From Gammaproteobacteria bacterium (lineage in GTDB: Bacteria > Pseudomonadota > Gammaproteobacteria > Magnimaribacterales > Magnimaribacteraceae), in the NCBI GenBank assembly GCA_002730855.1, contig PCBA01000046.1, forward strand, positions 1 to 62,784: a stretch of 62,784 bases of DNA, given 5' to 3'. Below, in pieces: positions 59,059 to 62,784 of this stretch; positions within the stretch are counted from its first letter, which is position 1, and each line of letters begins with the position of its first letter. Below the pieces are notes generated by a model. The model had not been told where the DNA came from. It did no database searches and was given only the letters and a program-made list of their open reading frames with translations. A program made the translations under genes and the position numbers.

Positions 59059-59779
59059 GAAATTCGATAAAATTATCTACAGTTAAATCAGGCCTCTGTA
59101 ACACTGATCCGTGCCCAACGCCTTCTAGAATTTTTAATTTTGTAAAAGGAAGTCTTTGAGAAATCTCTTTACTGGACTGAAGGTTTGGATCATGGTCCCC
59201 TGTCATCACCATTGCTAGGATCTTTAGGTCGTCTATTGCTCGATCTAAATTAAACTTTCCTGCTACTGACAAGGACAACTGTGCAGTCTCTGGGTTGCAA
59301 TGCTCATTCCAGCCTTGAGGGAGATTAAATCTGGGTATTCCTTCCTCCTCTTGAATCGCTAGGGCCTTTTTTACCCCTTCTTTTTGTGCCGTTATATCTG
59401 CTACACCTATGCTTGCATCACTAAAAACTGCTGAAATAACTTTCCCAGAATTTAGTGAGCAATAGGCTATTGCGGCCCTTGTTCCCCAGGCCATACTCCA
59501 AAGGTGAAACTTCTCTATATTAAGCTCTGTAAGAATTAAGTTAATGTCTTTGGAGTATTGCTCGAAAGTAAATTGGTTAAGGGGCTCAACGCTTACGATA
59601 CTCTTACCTGCACCCCTTACGTCAAATGCTATGCAAAAAAACTTATCTTTTAGATCATTTAATACTGTGTCCCACATTCTTAATGTGCAACCTGCCCCGT
59701 GCCAAAGCACTAAAGCTGGATTAGAAGAATCGCCGGTTGTTTCGTAATTTAAGGTGGCGCCTTCTGTTTCAACTCGCAT
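59036..59779 (-). CDS. Alpha/beta hydrolase
   Basis: 247 aa. HG oxyanion motif (LWHGAG), nucleophile elbow (WSMAWG) and a C-terminal GVGHGS histidine. Confidence 0.75.
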   Translation of the reverse strand: MRVETEGATLNYETTGDSSNPALVLWHGAGCTLRMWDTVLNDLKDKFFCIAFDVRGAGKSIVSVEPLNQFTFEQYSKDINLILTELNIEKFHLWSMAWGTRAAIAYCSLNSGKVISAVFSDASIGVADITAQKEGVKKALAIQEEEGIPRFNLPQGWNEHCNPETAQLSLSVAGKFNLDRAIDDLKILAMVMTGDHDPNLQSSKEISQRLPFTKLKILEGVGHGSVLQRPDLTVDNFIEFHASLGLS

Positions 59780-59787
59780 TTAGAAGA

Positions 59788-60183
59788 CTAACCAGCCATG
59801 TTGTGCAAAGCGCATAATTTATTGCCAGAAGGATCTCTTAAATAGGCCAAATAAAACTTCATACCCATCCCTTCTCTTATACCAGGAGGACCTTCACAGG
59901 TTGTTCCGCCGTTATTAACACCGGCCTCATGCCAAGCATCTGCGTCTTCTGGGTTCTTCGCACTAAAACCAATAGTACTTCCATTGCCAATAGTGGCATC
60001 CTGATCGTCTATAGGCTCAGAGATTAGAAACATGATGTTGTCTAATAAATACATATATCTTTTATGGCCAGTTGGATTCACAGACAGTACCCCTGGTTCA
60101 CATCCTAAAGATCCTAAGACTTTGTCATAAAATAACTTTGATTTCTCTATATCGTTTGCGCCTACCATTATGTGACTAAACAT
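59788..60183 (-). CDS. VOC-family (glyoxalase/bleomycin-resistance/dioxygenase fold) protein
   Basis: 131 aa. MFSHIMVGANDIEKSKLFYDKVLG..YLRDPSGNKL are paired beta-alpha-beta-beta-beta module signatures. Confidence 0.75.
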   Translation of the reverse strand: MFSHIMVGANDIEKSKLFYDKVLGSLGCEPGVLSVNPTGHKRYMYLLDNIMFLISEPIDDQDATIGNGSTIGFSAKNPEDADAWHEAGVNNGGTTCEGPPGIREGMGMKFYLAYLRDPSGNKLCALHNMAG

Positions 60184-60229
60184 ACTCTCTCCTTTAGTTG
60201 TTGAGGTTTAATTATAAACTTAAGAATTA

Positions 60230-60856
60230 CTATTTTTTGAATAAAACAACTCCCTTATCTGGAAATGTGTAAGACCAGCCCATCTTTGAAGCAATGCTTC
60301 TGAAAGTATTCCTGTGGTAAAAAACTACATGGGTCGGATCTTTGCGGTAATACCAAAGATCAAAGTCCTGCTCGGGCTCTAAGAAGGCCGTCATCACCCC
60401 TAAAACTCCCCCTTTAAGCAACATATTATTTAATATTTTAAACTCTCTTGCTGGTTCAAAAAAATGTTCAATGGTTTCAGTACAGGAAATAAAGTCATAA
60501 CTTTTGGAAAAGATTTTTTCTTCAGGAAAGAAAAATGGATCGTAAATATCCATATCAAAACCATCTTCCTTAAACATTTCAGCTAGGGCAGGTCCAGGAC
60601 CACACCCATAGTCTAGCCCCCTAGAGCCAATATCTATGCTTTCTACCATGGGCCCATATAACTTTGATAAAAAATTCCTATATTTTTTATCATAAGTTTT
60701 ATTGTTGTGTTGTTCGTAACGACTCCTTTCGTCTTCAGGTGAAAGACGATTCCTTTTGGCTAAAAAGATAGCGAAGCACTCTTTACATTTCCAGTATTCT
60801 TTATCTTCAAGACCAAAAGATTTGGTTGAATTGCTCTCACAAACAATACAGTCCAT
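60230..60856 (-). CDS. Class I SAM-dependent methyltransferase with an N-terminal CxxC...CxxC zinc ribbon
   Basis: CIVCES..CKEC, then LDYGCGPGP (motif I). Confidence 0.75.
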   Translation of the reverse strand: MDCIVCESNSTKSFGLEDKEYWKCKECFAIFLAKRNRLSPEDERSRYEQHNNKTYDKKYRNFLSKLYGPMVESIDIGSRGLDYGCGPGPALAEMFKEDGFDMDIYDPFFFPEEKIFSKSYDFISCTETIEHFFEPAREFKILNNMLLKGGVLGVMTAFLEPEQDFDLWYYRKDPTHVVFYHRNTFRSIASKMGWSYTFPDKGVVLFKK

Positions 60857-60889
60857 TAGGAGCTTTGGGCGCTTGGGTGTGCGTTTTTT

Positions 60890-61282
60890 TTATTTCGCAT
60901 TCTTATAGAACCCGCCGATACTGGCCCTTATATCCGCCTCCCAAGCGGCTAAGTTTTCTTTATGGTCAGGCCTTACATCGCCCAAAACTTTAAAACTCTT
61001 GATATTGAAGTGTTTAGGAAATTCTTCAAGTAAATGGCTAGCAGAGTGGTGTTTGAGGCGCAATTTTGCCGCATCACTGTCTTCAAACATCTCTATCAGA
61101 GTTGCGTGCTTCTCATCTTCCGAAAGAAACCATTCGAACCTCATAGTTTTCGGTTCGGAACACTGAAAAACATAAGGCGAAGCGTTATCTCTCATGAACC
61201 CTTTAACATCCTCTACGCTTTTTATAAGCTCTAGCTCAAACAAATAGGTTATTACTTGATTTTTTTTGTTGAGCTCGCTCAT
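60890..61282 (-). CDS. ABM-like (dimeric alpha/beta barrel) protein
   Basis: 130 aa. SEPKTMRFEWFLSEDEKHATLIEMFEDSDAAKLRLKHHSASH follows the ABM-domain pattern. Confidence 0.5.
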   Translation of the reverse strand: MSELNKKNQVITYLFELELIKSVEDVKGFMRDNASPYVFQCSEPKTMRFEWFLSEDEKHATLIEMFEDSDAAKLRLKHHSASHLLEEFPKHFNIKSFKVLGDVRPDHKENLAAWEADIRASIGGFYKNAK

Positions 61283-61511
61283 GGGTTTCTGAATTGTTGT
61301 TTATAGTTTTTTTAATTGATCAAGGCGCTGGTAACTTTACATCAAAGGCCTGTAAATAGTGTAATTTATTCCCCGGTTAACCCTTTAAAAAAAACCATTC
61401 AAAGGTTAGTTAATTACAACCGGGTTAAGCGACCGTTTCTCAAAATGTGCTTTTTATCTCCTTTGGTTTTGGGGTTATGTCACCTGTTCTGGCTTTGTTT
61501 TTCTAGGCGTC

Positions 61512-61832
61512 TTAGCCAGAAGTATCTAAACGATGGAAGGCTTTTTCTAAATCTCTTTGAATCTCATCTTCTTCTTTAAATAAATCATTTGTTAAGCGAC
61601 TAACGGAGATAAAGCTGCCATCTTTACCATTGCCCGTATCTCTAAATGGCGAACAAACAGCTACTGCTTTAGAAGACAGCGGTATCCTTTTGTATTCCAT
61701 GGCTTCTGCTTTAAAGCCAAGTTCTGTTATCACTTTTAATAGCTCTTCTATTGAACCAACATTCAAAACATAACCAAGATAATTTGAATTATTCTTTCCG
61801 CTTGTCGCCCTAAATATAAAATTTCTATTCAT
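61512..61832 (-). CDS. Hypothetical 106-aa protein downstream of nirK
   Basis: Clean ORF with no recognisable motifs. Preceded by a perfect FNR-type palindrome at class-II distance. Confidence 0.5.
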   Translation of the reverse strand: MNRNFIFRATSGKNNSNYLGYVLNVGSIEELLKVITELGFKAEAMEYKRIPLSSKAVAVCSPFRDTGNGKDGSFISVSRLTNDLFKEEDEIQRDLEKAFHRLDTSG

Positions 61833-61899
61833 CTTTGTTAGGCATGATTTTTAGGCCTCATATCTCAAATTTAAGATAGTTCAATAGCATTTCAATGAA

Positions 61900-61913
61900 T
61901 TGATATAGATCAA
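61900..61913. promoter_or_regulatory. Perfect FNR/DNR/NnrR-type palindrome TTGAT-ATAG-ATCAA
   Basis: 10/10 match to TTGAT-N4-ATCAA. On the minus strand, TATCTT (61878-61873) sits where a -10 would be if the box is centred at -41.5. The ATG at 61832 follows. Confidence 0.55.
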
Positions 61914-62001
61914 CTCTCTTGTTTTTTTATTGGAGAAGATTTTAGTTTGTCGGGAAGCTGCGAAGATAATTTAAATTTAAAACACTTATCCTTGGGGCAT
62001 T

Positions 62002-62784
62002 TTAATTGCCGTCATTACCATTTATCTTCGTAGGGGCCAATATTTGTTTCATCAAATCATCATTCCATTTACCTTCTACTTTAACCTCTGCCTTTGCCCC
62101 TAAAATAAAAGCTTCTATCAGGTTATGGTTTAAATAAACATAGTTACCAGGCTGTCTGAAAGTATAAATAGATGCTGCTGCGGCCCCTCCAGGAACAAGC
62201 CACGTCTCTAGATTTGTTCTTGGAGGGTCATTAAATGATCCATTAGGCCAAACAAAGTCACCGTGTCCGCCTATTAAGTGAGGTCGAGTATCTCTATTTG
62301 ATTGAGCGTGAACAAACATAACCGATTCCCCCACTTTGGCTGTCAATGCATTTTCTCCTTCGAGAGACCCCATCGAACCATTAAACACAACATGAGAGGG
62401 TGTTAAAGTTTTCATAACTTTTAATATATCGCTATAACCATCACCGGGTTGCAGATACTCTTTATACCTACCGGTTGAGGGGTCTTTTGGTACATAAAAA
62501 TCTTGCTCGCCTATGTAATAAGCCCTGTCGTAGCTTATAGGGCTTCCATTACGATCCTTAAGGCCTTCTCTTGGAAGCACCATTACAGCACCGTTCATTC
62601 CTTTAACTACATGCCAAGGCACCATAGCTCCTCCCGGGGCACAATGATAAACAAACACTCCGGGTTTAATTGCCTTCCACCTAATAGTAACTTTTTCACC
62701 TGGCCGTACAAGGGTTAAGGCCCCACCCCCCAGTGCGCCTGTAGCTGCATGAAAATCAACATTATGTAAAAAATTATTCTCATA
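62002..62784 (-). CDS. nirK: Copper-containing nitrite reductase (5' end outside the window)
   Basis: The frame is open to the window edge. It reads ..[53 protein letters not shown]. These carry the type-1 Cu ligands (H, C, H, M), type-2 Cu His ligands, and the catalytic Asp/His of NirK. Confidence 0.88.
   Translation of the reverse strand, partial: YENNFLHNVDFHAATGALGGGALTLVRPGEKVTIRWKAIKPGVFVYHCAPGGAMVPWHVVKGMNGAVMVLPREGLKDRNGSPISYDRAYYIGEQDFYVPKDPSTGRYKEYLQPGDGYSDILKVMKTLTPSHVVFNGSMGSLEGENALTAKVGESVMFVHAQSNRDTRPHLIGGHGDFVWPNGSFNDPPRTNLETWLVPGGAAAASIYTFRQPGNYVYLNHNLIEAFILGAKAEVKVEGKWNDDLMKQILAPTKINGNDGN

Noticed and set aside
61316-61579. 87-aa plus-strand ORF in the spacer near nirK
   Set aside because: It has a non-ATG start and no SD, overlaps the 3' end of the 106-aa minus-strand ORF, and its translation looks random and hydrophobic. 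The region is better explained as non-coding spacer with a stem-loop.
1-62784. Looked for CRISPR arrays, transposases/integrases, prophage genes, toxin-antitoxin pairs, known defence-system signatures, and rRNA/tRNA genes
   Set aside because: None found. No non-coding gap exceeds about 260 bp. The only repeats are the short tandem duplications listed, and no recombinase-like or nuclease/ATPase defence-type ORFs are present.

Overview
AT-rich, very tightly packed chromosomal segment. Gene content and synteny are gammaproteobacterial: a Pseudomonas-like yggS-proC-yggT-metX-metW-rdgB block, lgt-thyA-folA, and a Vibrio-type six-gene TonB2 cluster. By inference it comes from a streamlined marine heterotroph, but the lineage cannot be fixed from sequence alone. 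The first ~42 kb is mostly housekeeping: zapE (partial), gcvTHP, rppH, a DUF4212+SSS symporter pair, lgt-thyA-folA, the TonB2 cluster, psd, efp, argS, the yggS-to-rdgB block, trmB, rpoH, cysQ, beta-oxidation enzymes, a split TRAP transporter around lipB-lipA, and uvrD. From ~42.7 kb the content turns accessory: a haem-type TonB-dependent receptor, a minus-strand string of catabolic enzymes and transporters, secreted hypothetical proteins, a five-gene tailoring/detoxification operon, and a 5'-truncated copper nitrite reductase (nirK) at the right edge. I found no rRNA, tRNA, CRISPR array, integrase or transposase, and no convincing new multi-gene system. The items most worth a second look are: (1) FNR/CRP-family palindromes, perfect beside nirK and 9/10 at class-II spacing from a perfect TATAAT at the haem receptor; (2) a SAM-II-like pseudoknot plus terminator in the metX leader; (3) an in-frame TGA at codon 19 of an acyl-CoA dehydrogenase; (4) a TRAP binding-protein gene translationally coupled to lipB-lipA; (5) convergent genes that share stop-codon tetranucleotides, with almost no terminators; (6) a His-rich 4-TM protein divergent from the haem receptor. 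All functional calls come from reading the supplied translations and motifs. No database search was run.
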